NCBI GenBank assembly: GCA_002633005.1 | Contig: NMRA01000001.1 | Coordinates: 438,625-502,624 of the forward strand | Origin: Phoronis australis | Lineage: Eukaryota > Animalia > Phoronida | Reading direction: 5' to 3' | Length of the DNA stretch: 64,000 nt | Shown here: in pieces, positions 11,601 to 22,813 of the stretch | Layout of the letters: each line of letters opens with the position of its first letter | How positions within the stretch are numbered: position 1 is the stretch's first letter | The notes under the pieces: model-generated | What the model saw: only the letters and a program-made list of their open reading frames with translations | What the model was told of the DNA's origin: nothing | The model's database searches: none | Translations under genes and position numbers: made by a program

Positions 11601-14600
11601 TTGATATTGGGGAATGGGGGACTGAAATACTATTGTTGATGGGCTATGTGGGTTGCTTCCATGAAAAAGTCAAGCATTCATACAGAGTTCAGTTGTTCCA
11701 CAAACAATCCCCATTTGTAGAAATTAATTTCCAAACAACCCAAAATGTTGAGACTCATGGACAGCTCAGTCAATTTTTACTAATTAAGCTAGAAACAGTT
11801 CAATAGCAGATTCCATGTTTGCAAAAAATATGGATAATACTCAAAAGTTTCTGCAGATTTGTGTAGTTGGAAAAGGGAAACTTTGGGAGAGTTAAGAACT
11901 CCCAAAGTGAACCTTTTAGGCACCCTCTCGTAAGGAAACAGATCAAGAAAAAGTCACTCTTCTCAGCATAACATCCCGCACCCCTCTTCTATGGGAGTAG
12001 TCCCCCCCAGGGGAGCTAACTACAGGAACATTTCTGAGAATGAAAAATAATGTTGCAATATCAAGCCATTGACATTTAGTAAATTTGTGATTCACTGAAG
12101 AAATAAAGGGGGAATCAAAACAATCGATATACTGCAAACTGCATAACACAATATTTGTATGAACTGTGTTATGTCACATCCCGGGGGGTTACTCGCATGA
12201 AGTGAACAGAGTGGAATTAACTTTGCTGAACAGGGCAGTGGGCTGTTAAAGAGGAAACTTTCAAAAAGTCTGGGTAGACATTTCCTCTCCTAATCAAACT
12301 TAATAAGTTGGCATCAATACTAGTAACAATAACGCCAAATATAATTAGTATACAGACATAACATCTAACAATGGTAATGGTGATTAGTATGTGGACGTAT
12401 AATAAAAGCCATCTGTATTTTAAAGATAATCACAATAATAGTAATGATAATAATAATAATAATAATAATGATAATAATAATAAAAATAATAATAATAATA
12501 ATGATAATGATGGTAATGTCAATGTCAATAATAGTAATAGTAATAATGATAATAATGTTAATAATACTGATAATAACAGTAATAATAAAAGGTACTTACT
12601 CAGCAGATTTGTTTATTGTGTATTGTCGTGAATAGTCCTCAGGAGATAGTTGGCTTTGGTCAGGTTCCGGAAAGGAGAGAAACACTAGGTTGACCAGAAT
12701 GGTCAGCGTGATAAAATAGTCCAGAAACTGGTTTGTAGCCACGTAAACCATGAAGCGACGGATTGGGTGCCATGGCGACAGAAAGAACAAAGCTTTGGTG
12801 GCACTGAAGCGGAAAATGAGCTTCTTTTTGATGCGTTTGTTGACGACAACAAATGTCTGAAAGACAAAAATGTGTAAATTGGCAACAAGAGTGATATTTG
12901 GAAACAAAGAGGTTTCACTTGCAATTCTCCCAAATCTATTTCATGGCATTCCTGAAGGTACAAATGTCTACAGTGAACGTGGTTTCTATTGATAAATTTC
13001 TTTTGTACCCACATTTGAGGAGCATGTTGTGTACCCTAAGTTTCATCGAGATTTAGAAAATGATAGACATGATTTCATTTTTATGCAGAAAAATTCAAAA
13101 CATTGGAGCCAAAGTTGAAAAGAAAATTTCAAAACCAAGCAAATGTTTGAATTGAAGATCAAGAATTGAGTTTCGCTCAAATGACAACATGACAATCTGT
13201 AGCTACATTCCACATATTCAGGCATTTTTCACACTTAAGCGACACAAACCTACGATGACCTCAACACATCACGTTTACCACACCCTGACTTAGTTCGGTT
13301 AATGCAAAAATCTCCTACAAGAAGCTAAAGATCACGTGCTTCGCTTGTAGTACATGGCAATATCTCCTCGAGTCTTATATTTTCGCAAGTTTCTCAACTT
13401 TACAAAATTCACACCCTGTCGTCACTTTCATCAATTAAATTTCCCAAATGTGGTTATACTCCGCATGTTTCGTAAAATTGCCATTTCTGAAATCTACAAG
13501 GGCCTATTATAATGTTACAAATAAGGCAAAGTTTACCCACAAGTCGCTTTATGACATTTACGCAGTACAAATCAAGCTAATGACACTTTAGTAAATGTAT
13601 CCATTCTTTCAAACTTACATCAGTACAAGATATATTGCTCAACTTTGCTAAGGACACATACAAAAAGTCCCTGACCAAAACAGTTGAGTGTGCAATGAAA
13701 TTCGTCTACGAGAATGTCTACTACCTATATATATAAAATCTGGTTCACGGGTGATAAATATGATTATTAACTTATAACAGAAAATCCACCAACATACCAT
13801 TGTTTGGCTCATTTTCTGGGAAGAGACATCAATAATGAAATGTTCGCACAATCTGCTTCTGCCAATCGTTACTCATTCAATTGAGTGGAGATGAATATTA
13901 CATTACAAACTGATGAGCTTCACCAGATATTTCACCGCTTAATCTCGCACAAAAGTGAATAACGTAATGCCTTAACCTAAAACAAATACGAGCTTTTGCT
14001 ACTGCTCAGCCGGAAATTAAAAATGTCAAGGTAGGAGCAACTCAATAAGTTTCCAAATAACCACGGTGAAGTCAGACCATCAGTTTAGTACAGGTGCCAA
14101 AATGACCTGCTTATCAATCTCCTGCAGAATATTTCTTCAACAATTCATTCATTCAGAACCACACTTCATTCTGGTCTGGCCTAAAGAGTGGTAACTAATT
14201 TCGCTATGAGCCTGGGTTTAAAATTAAAATTAATACGTTAAAGTAAGAGGTATCTGGGTTATACCGTTTCAAATCTTAGATGCTCAGGTGTCTTAACTCA
14301 GATTTCCATCTACTCATTTCACAAATTTTGGGGGCATTCTTTAAGTTTAAATCCGTTTGAAATTTTAAAGTAAATTTTTAACTCGATTTCAAACCAAAAA
14401 CACAGAAACAGTTGTTAGGCTTTAAGACTTGACAATTATACCTCGGAACGTTAGAAGTCGTACGAGTAGCAGTGAGACCAATATACATATTTCATGTTAT
14501 ACGACGAAGGCTGGGCAACCTGCCAATGATTCACGACGCACTCAGGACTGTTAGGCCAACAGAACAAAACGAGTGAGAAATCAACATCGCAGATTTCAAA

Positions 14601-17600
14601 CAGCGCATGGCCATTCCCGGAGAACAACGCAGTCTCAAGCGAACGGCGGAGTAAAAAGGACCAATCTGTCCTCGTGCGCAATGCGTAGATGCAAAACACT
14701 TAGACAAAACGAAAAATCGCGGAAGTCTTCTCGAGATATCGGATACCGCAATGGAAATTGCTAGTAAAGTGCGTGACCACAAACGCTTTAACCGCGAGAC
14801 TTTCGTCTGTACAAATCTGAATTGAAAATCCGGGCTTTTACTGAATAACGGACCCGTATTTTGTTTTTCAAAAACACGCAAGAGCAAGCGGCTGGACGCC
14901 AAGACCGCTGGTGGTCCATCCCAGACTATATGAAATGGAAAAAAATCTCGCGTGTAGCCTAGTGGTGCGAACTTCCGCTACAAGAACGCCTCGTCTGGAA
15001 GAACTGTAAACGTAGCGGACATATCAAAGATTTGCTAACTCGCTGCGATCGAACGCGAAATTTCAAGTGTCTCTATTTAATGATCATTTTTAGACAATTA
15101 ACACTATGGACAAGAGCTTGGAGGAAAATATTGACGGTCTTGGATCTTTCCGTGACACTTATACTAGACGTGTGCATTCAACACCTCATCTGCGCGACAT
15201 CTGCCATTTTAACTTCCCGCTTTTGACACCACCTTTGACAAATGATCAATTAAGATTCACAAGAAAATCGGTACCTGTTTGTCCCCTCCGATCTCTCGGT
15301 AGTGGTCGAATGGCAGGTGATAGGATCCACTGTGCGGATCAAAAGGTGGTTCAAATTTTACCAGCAGCTGTCCATTCAACTCGTCCATAAACTTCCGGCC
15401 TCCATTGCCGAACAGATAACCGCAAATGGTGTTTTCAGTGTTCATGACCATGGCGAACGAAATACCTAAATACCAGTCGTACCTCGCCGGAACTCACAAA
15501 CCACGATCGCAGCGTCTTTGTAGAGAATTTGACTGTACACTACATTCCCGTCAACCTCAATGCCATAGGCAAACTGTCTTTAACACGGGCGCAACGCAGG
15601 CTTCTGACACTTGGCATGTTAACATTCGGCACACATGAAGGTGCACATACGATGGTATCCCTGAGAGAGCGCATAATAAATGTACTTGTTATTGGAAAGT
15701 TTGGTGACGCAACACTTTTTGCCCACTACAGGGCCAGAAAAGCAGAACAGTGAAACCGAATAGCCGTTGTGAGGAAGGTAAAAACGTATATTCTTCGATG
15801 GTTCAGTGGAGGTCAAACTCAATTGTTCCGCATCGTCTTGCTAGGTTAGTCACGCCACCGGTCCGGTAGTCAAGCCACGCAGCGTGTCCCTCGCACAGCC
15901 TGCCAGTTCTAGCATTTCCAACTTTGTCTTTGATTTAAGCAAATGGCAAAAGCGGATCGAACAATTAGCCGATAGATATAGCTTGATCCATCGACTAAGA
16001 GGATGCACGATCTCTTAATGGATAAAGCCAACAGTGCAATGTATAGGAAGGAGCAGGAGGCAGACTGAGTCAACAAGGACTATGCAAGTGTGTGAATCAT
16101 TTAGACCAAATTAAATTAATGTTGTTTTCCAAAAGGGACAGCATGGCGTAAATGTCAATGCTGCGAAGTCAAGCTATATGCATCCGGTCCTTGCAGCCAC
16201 GTGGTGGAACAACTTGAGTGTGCGGAGAACGAAGATTAGTCCTTGCAATACCTATCCCCGGGCCGTGCCGCCCTTTCGCACCGCCCAATGCTCAAAGCAG
16301 TGCGACTCGACGTGCCTTCAAAGTGATGTCTGCTTATTTGAAATGGGTCGCAAGAACACTCTGCGGCCATCCTCTACTAGGCGTCCTGCATGCATGTATC
16401 CGAAACAGCTGCAAATTAGTGGAATTGACATTCACTGAACAACGGGCCCTTATATTTAGCCATTCACGTGCATGTAGGAAACAACACGTCTACCGACTCT
16501 TCTCTCCTGCACTCACAGGGGCAAAAACAGGAAGGTGCACTTTTTGAGCACAGTGATTTTTGCAGGCGGGCTAGTACTGTCTCAGGTGCGAGGTACACTT
16601 TGATGTTCCAACTACTAAGTGGTCTCGTTCTTATGTTGGTAACCATTGAGAGAAACGGAGCTATTTTTTCTGAAGACATTGCACATAACTGAAGCAGGGA
16701 CGAGTGACTTATTACGATTTTCTAATATGTGGTAAAATAAATAAAATCATGTCGAGCTGGAGGTTTCAAGTGCCATTCTCACCCATGTTTAAGGACGCTT
16801 TTTTCTTTTTCCCACTACTGGCAGATCTAGGATACCGTAAGAAGGGTAAAAATATGACTGCTTAGCCATGTTGTCGTATCCTTTGAGGGGCAGCACCATA
16901 AATACGCCAATGAGAACATCAAAGGAGTTCTTCCCGGCTCAACACTTGTATTAACATCGACTTGAAATCCACGCCTGAACGCTTGTTGTGAAGTTACATG
17001 TCGAATCAAAAAATAATCCAAACATAATCTGTATAAAGAGAACTTGATACTCATTTAATTTTCAAGATAGTAATTATGTTGTATTGCAAAGGTTTAAGTT
17101 AGGGAAAACGTTTCGTCTAATTTGCTTTAGGTTACCATGAAACAGAATCGTTCACTTTATTTCTTTTTTGAAAAACTTGCGACTCGCGGATACGCGCTGG
17201 CGTAAGCAGTTATAGATTCTGACGTAAATACTTATTTCTGGTACGCCAAGATTCTCACTTAAGTAGTTATTTACTAGTACAAATAGACTTTGACGTAAGC
17301 AGTTATGCTAATACAGAGACGCTCAAAAATTAAAGAAAGTCCCATTAATTTTTTTTGGAAAGACTTTTCGCAGTTCACAAAAACCGCGGCATAGTTAATA
17401 TCTGTTTACGTCACATTTCCGTACGTTTTCTCAACATCAGGATAACTGGCGATTTGTAACGTAACTGAAATGAGGCGTCTGAATATGCAAACGAGCCATT
17501 ACATGTTGAATGCCAGGCTTAATGCCATGTCTTTGATCACTGTGATGATTAGAACACTTAGCTAATTAAATGGTATCATCCTTGTAACTACCACATTCAG

Positions 17601-20600
17601 TTAATTCACGCTCTCAGTACCAGTGATAGTCCCCTTGAGAATACATGTAACGTCCTGTAATCGTTCATGTATTCGTCTGCAGCGTAGATCGCTATCACCG
17701 ACACACTGTACTGATTGGGCGACACTCGTTCGGACAAGTTTGTCAGATTTCAACTTGTGGTGGAAAATAAGAAGGGTTTCGTAGTGTTTTCTCATCTTTT
17801 GGAACCGAGGTCAAACTATTTTCCGAGACAAATGCGACATAATGATAGACGTTTTGCAATAGAGCAGGTGGTGAACAGTGGTCGGCGGCCATGTTTGGAG
17901 ATTCCATGGTTTATTTTTCTAAATTCTCTGCGATCATCAGGTCGTATAATTAAACTTTTGTGTTGTGGCTGATTCAAACGAATCGCACATTTTTTTTTAA
18001 TTTTCAAAATAGCCTTGAATGAAATTGTTCTGCCTTTGTCAACTGGGGTCGTCTTGAAGACCATAAACTGGATCAAGCGAAGGGAGCTTCTGGGCTCTCA
18101 TAACCCTAGACAGTTGTACGTCGGATGAGTAATATTACGTCTTCACAAGTATAATTTATGATACAAAATCACGACTTTTGCTGCACAGTCAATAATGCCG
18201 TAACCATTGACCCTAGGCCGTCGCCCTCACGAGTTTAACGATACACGAAACTTGCAAGTTGAATGCCGCAGAAGGGGTGGGCTAGACGTTTTCCATATAT
18301 AGGTTACTAGTAGGGAAAACTCACTTGAGTGAAAGTCAAAAGAAACAATGTAACCTTGAGCTATGTATCACTTCCAGATACAACGTTAATGTCACGACGG
18401 CAGTTAGCAATTGATAAAATGGTCGAGTCCGAAGACTTTACTAGTGACGGATGGGTTTCGAAGTGAACACCATAGGCCCAGCAAGAGTAGATCTTGGATA
18501 ACGGTCAGTAACGCCAGTCGTTGATCCCCAATTAACGCGAATATCCTTTTGGATTCACATCTCTATGGTCTGTCACCGGAAATACAATCTGGCGGAGTTG
18601 CATTTTCAAGTTGAATTCACTTTAGATATTTTAGTTGTACTTTAATCTGAACCCAATGTAAAAATCTTTGATTTGGTGCTCGAGTACAATCATAGACTTG
18701 GCTCCCGCGTGATGATAAAGGACTGAGAGACAAGTCGTAACATGCGCATCTATAGAATCATCAACTTCGAGTGCGAAGTTTTTCCGGAGAAACAGACAGA
18801 TAAAAATCAAGTATTTGGCTTTGATGTGGCGGTCATCAAGTCTGAACTTGAAACGTATAACCATGCACGTGAGAAATCGTAAGTTACCAAAATTATTTCG
18901 AGTACATAGTCAAGAAAACGAGAACTGAAATCACCAGATTTAACTAAGTTAGAGTCCTGGTTCGGCGTAGGGGGTTTCGGACCCACTTCACTGCCTTGTC
19001 TTTATTGCTTTTTTTATCAATTCTGAATGCCCTCCACTCTACAGATGAGCTCAAAGCTTAGCGAGCTTGCCTTTCTCCTTACTGTGACGACTGCAAATAC
19101 AGAAATAATTTCTTGGTTTGTACTCTAAAGCACTGTGCGGTGTAGTCTCAGCCTTGAGTATGCACATGCAGCGCGTCGTGTCATGTTGTTACATCCGCCC
19201 GCCGCATATCTTACGCCTGTATTTGTACCCACGCACACTTTGGACTTCTATAACATGACATGGTAGCCTCGCACGATACAACATCAGTTCACACTGGTGC
19301 CTACCTTGTTGTTGTGCTTTGCGTATTAGCAAAGCATCGGCACAGCGCTCACCAATTGTATCGCTGTCGGGCCCACGGTTAATGTTACATAGCTCACGTC
19401 TCACACCGAGGCAGATTTCCATCGTGTTGGAGATTTGTGCCCTCTTGGAGGCAGCACCGAGTCTGGGATAAGCTCTGCCGTCCAGTCACGCCACGAGTAA
19501 TTAGGCTTCGCGTGCGGCAAGCATCATGCAAGCCCAAGCTAGCACTAACTGGAATTTGTCAGTCGTGGAGTGTCGAAAATTCATAATTCTGTTGGTGTGA
19601 CTGCATAAAAAACGAGTGTGTCGTCTGCTTCCCATGTTGTTCAGTAGACGGTCACAATTTCTTCTAAATCCATTGAAATACAGAGTAAGTGGGTTGAGTG
19701 GAACCCTATGCTTCTTGTTCTACTATTACGTTGTAAACGGGTGTCGTTTTAATTGGTTTGTCTATTTTGTCAAAATTATTCAGAAGAGCAATGTCAGGTT
19801 TTGTTAGTCCTGCTCTAACCCGCTTTAGAACACATCGGATATTTCCGCAGCCTCAAATTTCCGCTCGGAGGGGAACGTTATCTGCACGTGTGCGAATATT
19901 TCAGTCGTTCGAACAATAATTCTCCACTTTGCAGTTCACGTGACTTGCCGAATGACTGACGCCCGCTCATGCGCAGATGTTGTGAAGGGAAAGTTGGCGC
20001 CACTAAAATACCAGAGTGTTCCCAATGGCAGTTGTAATTATTTAACAAGGAACAGTTCACGTAATTAATACGAACCTCCAAAAATTCTAACCAAATGTTA
20101 ATGAGCCAACTTTTTTTGGGTAGTGTTCCCTTCGTTGCTCTTTATACCACTGTTTGAGTTTGTAGTCAAAAAGTACCATATCATTCCCAGGCAAAGTGAC
20201 CCGATTCTCACCACCAATCCTCTAGGTTTACTTCAAGAGCAACTGTGCAGTTCTACACGTTGCCATATTTCAAAAATTGGCTTTTGTCCGACTGAACCCC
20301 CATTCCAAAACACCACATGTGAACCAGTGCACACAATTCTCATTTGACCACTGCAACAACTTTTCATTCATCCACTCATTCAGATATTCACGTCATATGT
20401 CGGAACATAAACGATTTGATCGGCTCCAATATTTCTGTTGCTCCAAGGGCAAGTTATTTCACACTTTTGAACTGTTTGGGGTTTGTGTACAGAAACTTTT
20501 GTGTACATGGAGTACAACTTTGTGTGTAATTACAGATGAGGCTGACAAACAGTATTGGTCCCAAAGTCATTGATATCTGGTCATACAAATCTTCCATGTC

Positions 20601-21231
20601 AACAAACTTCAACCATTAATCTCACTTTGTCAATCATTCAAGTGTTGTGGCTAGCAAAGGATGGAGAAATGGTCACGTGGTATAGACGGCTCTCGCAACT
20701 ATTTACCAGAGGAAGGAAGTACTTCAACACAGCGATCATTTTCACCGCTTTACTACCAGCTCAGCAACACTCACAATACTGTCAAGGCAGCCATGAATGT
20801 TGAGCGCTCTCCAATAACACGTGACCAGTTTCAGTTAGTAACAACATCTTGCTAGATTTCAACTCGAATAGATAAAGACAGTTAATTTTCAGCTAAACTA
20901 AACAAATACCATCACCCATACCGACCTTGTGTTTAATATATTTGTCCAACTCTTCCAGTGGCTTGCCGATCAGATTTGGAGGGATCTCGCCCAGCTCATC
21001 CGGCACCTTGTTGCCGTCGGCATAAGCTGGATCTTTCTCGATTAGTGATTCCTCGTCCTCGTCATTGAAGATGAGCTCGCCATCCACCAGTTTGCCCTCC
21101 TTCGGCTTCCCCTTGTTCTCTGCCTCTTTCTTCTTGAGCTCAGCTTCTCGCTCCTCAAGCCGGACGTAGGACTGCTGCGTGAACGGCCGGAACGGGCACG
21201 GGTCCTCTTCGTCTTCGCCCTTGCTGGCCAT
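2481..21231 (-). CDS. Nav2: Voltage-gated sodium channel alpha subunit, probably Nav2/DSC1-like; partial spliced CDS (coding exons 1-9: N-terminus, domain I, start of I-II linker)
   Basis: Join of 21231-20926, 12856-12600, 9435-9307, 7394-7288, 6832-6617, 5810-5750, 4747-4606, 4160-4026 and 2606-2481 is 1479 nt, phase-consistent, all introns GT-AG. Motifs: [33 protein letters not shown]4 [41 protein letters not shown], pore loop [23 protein letters not shown]. TLDxWE rather than TQDxWE points to Nav2; the clade call is inference. Confidence 0.95.
3700..3877. promoter_or_regulatory. Convergent pair of CTCF-like motifs in Nav intron 8
   Basis: CCACTAGGTGGCGCTG at 3700-3715 (+) and TCACTAGGTGGCGTTG at 3877-3862 (-), matching the CCASYAGRKGGCRS consensus. 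Motif match only. Confidence 0.4.
4026..4160 (-). CDS. Nav2: Nav coding exon 8 (DI S6: IIFASGPW...[26 protein letters not shown])
   Basis: Acceptor TTTTTTCAG|ATT, donor AAG|GTAAAG; 135 nt, phase 0-0. Confidence 0.95.
4445..4593. repeat. Degenerate minisatellite, about 30-33 bp unit, 4-5 copies
   Basis: Repeated TGTCC(A/T)TATAAGGG..AGAAGG..GTC units just inside intron 7. Confidence 0.7.
4606..4747 (-). CDS. Nav2: Nav coding exon 7 (DI turret and pore loop: RCPANYTC...[13 protein letters not shown])
   Basis: Acceptor CTCTCACAG|A, donor AAG|GTAGGA; domain I selectivity-filter Asp in TLDFWE. Confidence 0.95.
4724..4863. repeat. 73-bp tandem duplication covering the exon 7 splice acceptor
   Basis: CATCGTCTGTGAGAGAGAGACA(G/A)AGAGATATGATATGTAATTGATACACA occurs at 4742 and 4815. 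Confidence 0.92.
5750..5810 (-). CDS. Nav2: Nav coding exon 6 (DI turret: [19 protein letters not shown])
   Basis: 61-nt exon, acceptor ATTTCAG|GT, donor AT|GTAAGT; conserved CGNxS motif; phases fit both neighbours. Confidence 0.92.
6617..6832 (-). CDS. Nav2: Nav coding exon 5 (DI S4-S5 linker, S5, start of turret)
   Basis: Acceptor TTTTGCAG|GC; [46 protein letters not shown]; donor A|GTAAGA. Confidence 0.95.
7288..7394 (-). CDS. Nav2: Nav coding exon 4 (DI S3-S4 voltage sensor: [35 protein letters not shown])
   Basis: Acceptor CCATTTCAG|C, donor CAG|GTAAGT; R/K at every third residue (R-R-R-K). Confidence 0.95.
8846..9092. mobile_element. MITE, PIF/Harbinger-like
   Basis: Imperfect TIRs GGGCCTGTTCCAAGAAACTGACTTA and TAAGTCAGGTTTGTTGGAACGGGTCC; flanked by 3-bp CTG duplication; internal ACTTAAG/TAAGATTTGTCTTA repeats. 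Confidence 0.75.
9307..9435 (-). CDS. Nav2: Nav coding exon 3 (DI S2-S3: [42 protein letters not shown])
   Basis: Translated by hand (not in the ORF track); acceptor TTGTTGCAG|G, donor TC|GTAAGT; hallmark RDGWNWLDF. Confidence 0.95.
9480..10870 (+). mobile_element. Decayed 5'-truncated non-LTR retrotransposon with RNase H (LOA/R1/I-group-like), antisense in Nav intron 2
   Basis: Frameshifted remnants: [30 protein letters not shown] (RT-RNase H tether), YTEGSK (YTDGS), YSQAA (DSQAA), [12 protein letters not shown] (GNExADxLAK). Clade assignment is inference. Confidence 0.8.
10917..11417. repeat. 250-bp direct duplication around a single N (likely scaffolding overlap artefact)
   Basis: 10917-11166 equals 11168-11417 apart from one C/T difference I could see (11011 vs 11262); N at 11167. 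Confidence 0.9.
12421..12590. repeat. Imperfect (AAT)n microsatellite
   Basis: AAT/GAT/AGT triplet run ending about 8 nt from the exon 2 donor. Confidence 0.95.
12600..12856 (-). CDS. Nav2: Nav coding exon 2 (TFVVVNK...DI S1...KSAE)
   Basis: Acceptor TTTGTCTTTCAG|ACA; [21 protein letters not shown]; donor GA|GTAAGT, phase 2. Confidence 0.95.
20926..21231 (-). CDS. Nav2: Nav coding exon 1 (cytoplasmic N-terminus, [10 protein letters not shown]...LDKYIKHK)
   Basis: ATG at 21231, preceded by acceptor TTTTTTTAG|AGCACAAC (exon starts about 21239, implying an upstream UTR exon); FRPFT and KPLEELD motifs; donor AAG|GTCGGT, phase 0. Confidence 0.93.
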
Positions 21232-22667
21232 GTTGTGCTCTAAAAAAATGGACGACAGTGAGGACAGCGAAGAATCAGGATGGCACAGGGGCAAAGACTT
21301 CAAGGGGCTATTGCAACGTGATGGTGCACTTTACTGTGCGTCATCAACACTAAACTAAAGATTCAGTGCGGTTTGCTAGCAACGTCATGTTACTAACTAT
21401 AGAAGCGTGTGACCTTGATTGTTACATAACAGAAAGACTTCTTCCTGCAATACCTACAATCAGATTTCAATAAAATCGTGAACCTTCGAGATTAAAAATC
21501 ACAGGCGATATAAGGCACAAAACAAGCTGGCGCCATTCGTGATTTTATGGCGAGGCATAGTTGTTGAATATACCGAAGTTATGACCACAACCTTCAATCT
21601 CACGCGCAAAACAAATATCACCAACCGACCCATTTTGTTGAGACACAAAAATTATGTTTCAAGGAGACTAATTATCGTCTTCGATACGCCAAGGAATGAA
21701 CAATAGCTACGGCGCTGCAAAGATTTATTATTTACTCTTCCACTCAAATAATTAAACATGGGATCGATATGTGTATTGAAATGTGGCATTAACGGGCGGA
21801 TAATGTCACTAATGACAGCATGAAATTATAAAAACAAATGGACTATTTAGATTTCCCAGTAAAACATTAAATTCATTTCCACAGAAGGTGTTTTCTCGAC
21901 AACACAGCACGATGTCTTCCCATTACAGAATCTTTCCAATACATCACCCGCAGAAGGAACTACATGTACTGACGCGGCCCAACGAATAAATTCATTATGC
22001 TGCTTTTAATGAATACTGGCATTTTCAATGTTCAAAACAGTAAATACACGCCAACTCATTCAACTGTACAAGTTGTTTATAAAACAAATCTATTGACCAG
22101 TCTGAATGACGTAAGACATTTTAAGAATCGCCTTCAGGCACTGGTAGACCTAGCAGTTTTATTGTTATTCTATCCAGGACACGTTATGTCGTGTTGGCTG
22201 CTGCTGTGACAACCGAATGTATGAAATGTTACATTGTTAGCATACATTTATGTCCTGTTTGTCCATGTTTGACACCTGCAGCTCCGCCGTTCGGCGGAAC
22301 ATGGGGCGAAGTTTTGGAGAAGGGTAACCCTAAGGCGGACAAGTTCCGACGACCTTGATATTTTTCGTGAAGAACGACATCCGTGTTGAAATCAGGTAGT
22401 AATATACATACTAGTCCTAGGTTGAAATTCGACAAAAAAGCGGCACTATGTCACAGGATAAGGGGGTTGTTATTCAATACAGTGGCAAGATTTGCGATTG
22501 ATAGAGAAGTTACCAGTGGGCCTATATACACGGAAACGTGCGGACACATAGATATCACTGTGGCTCTACAGGGTAGGATATGTTTAAGATCTCACGCGCA
22601 AAAACGGTTCACCGAAGGTTGGACAGAGACCCGGAGACAGGGGATGGAAGAATCTCTTCATTGTAGG

Positions 22668-22813
22668 CAGTGGCGGATGAAAAGGGGGTCCATGCCACCC
22701 CTAAAATTTTCCCAGATTCCAGTTGGCAGTTCGGGAGTGCGAATATATGACGGGCAAAATCCTGGCTAATACTCTGCCCCCCTCCCTAACCAAAAATCCT
22801 GGATCCGCCCCTG
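22668..22813. mobile_element. Short non-autonomous DNA element (CAG(G/T)GGCGGAT termini), copy 1
   Basis: Termini CAGTGGCGGAT...ATCCGCCCCTG; GTAGG flanks both sides; reverse-complement homolog at 63870-64000. Confidence 0.8.

Noticed and set aside
12371-12635. Poly-N/poly-I ORFs (also 37178-37417, 55719-56254, 58682-59045, 42445-42946)
   Set aside because: Translations of microsatellite or low-complexity DNA.
21232-21303. N-terminal extension in the ORF track (MKSLPLCHP...)
   Set aside because: Non-ATG start lying upstream of a clear splice acceptor; the real start is the ATG at 21231.
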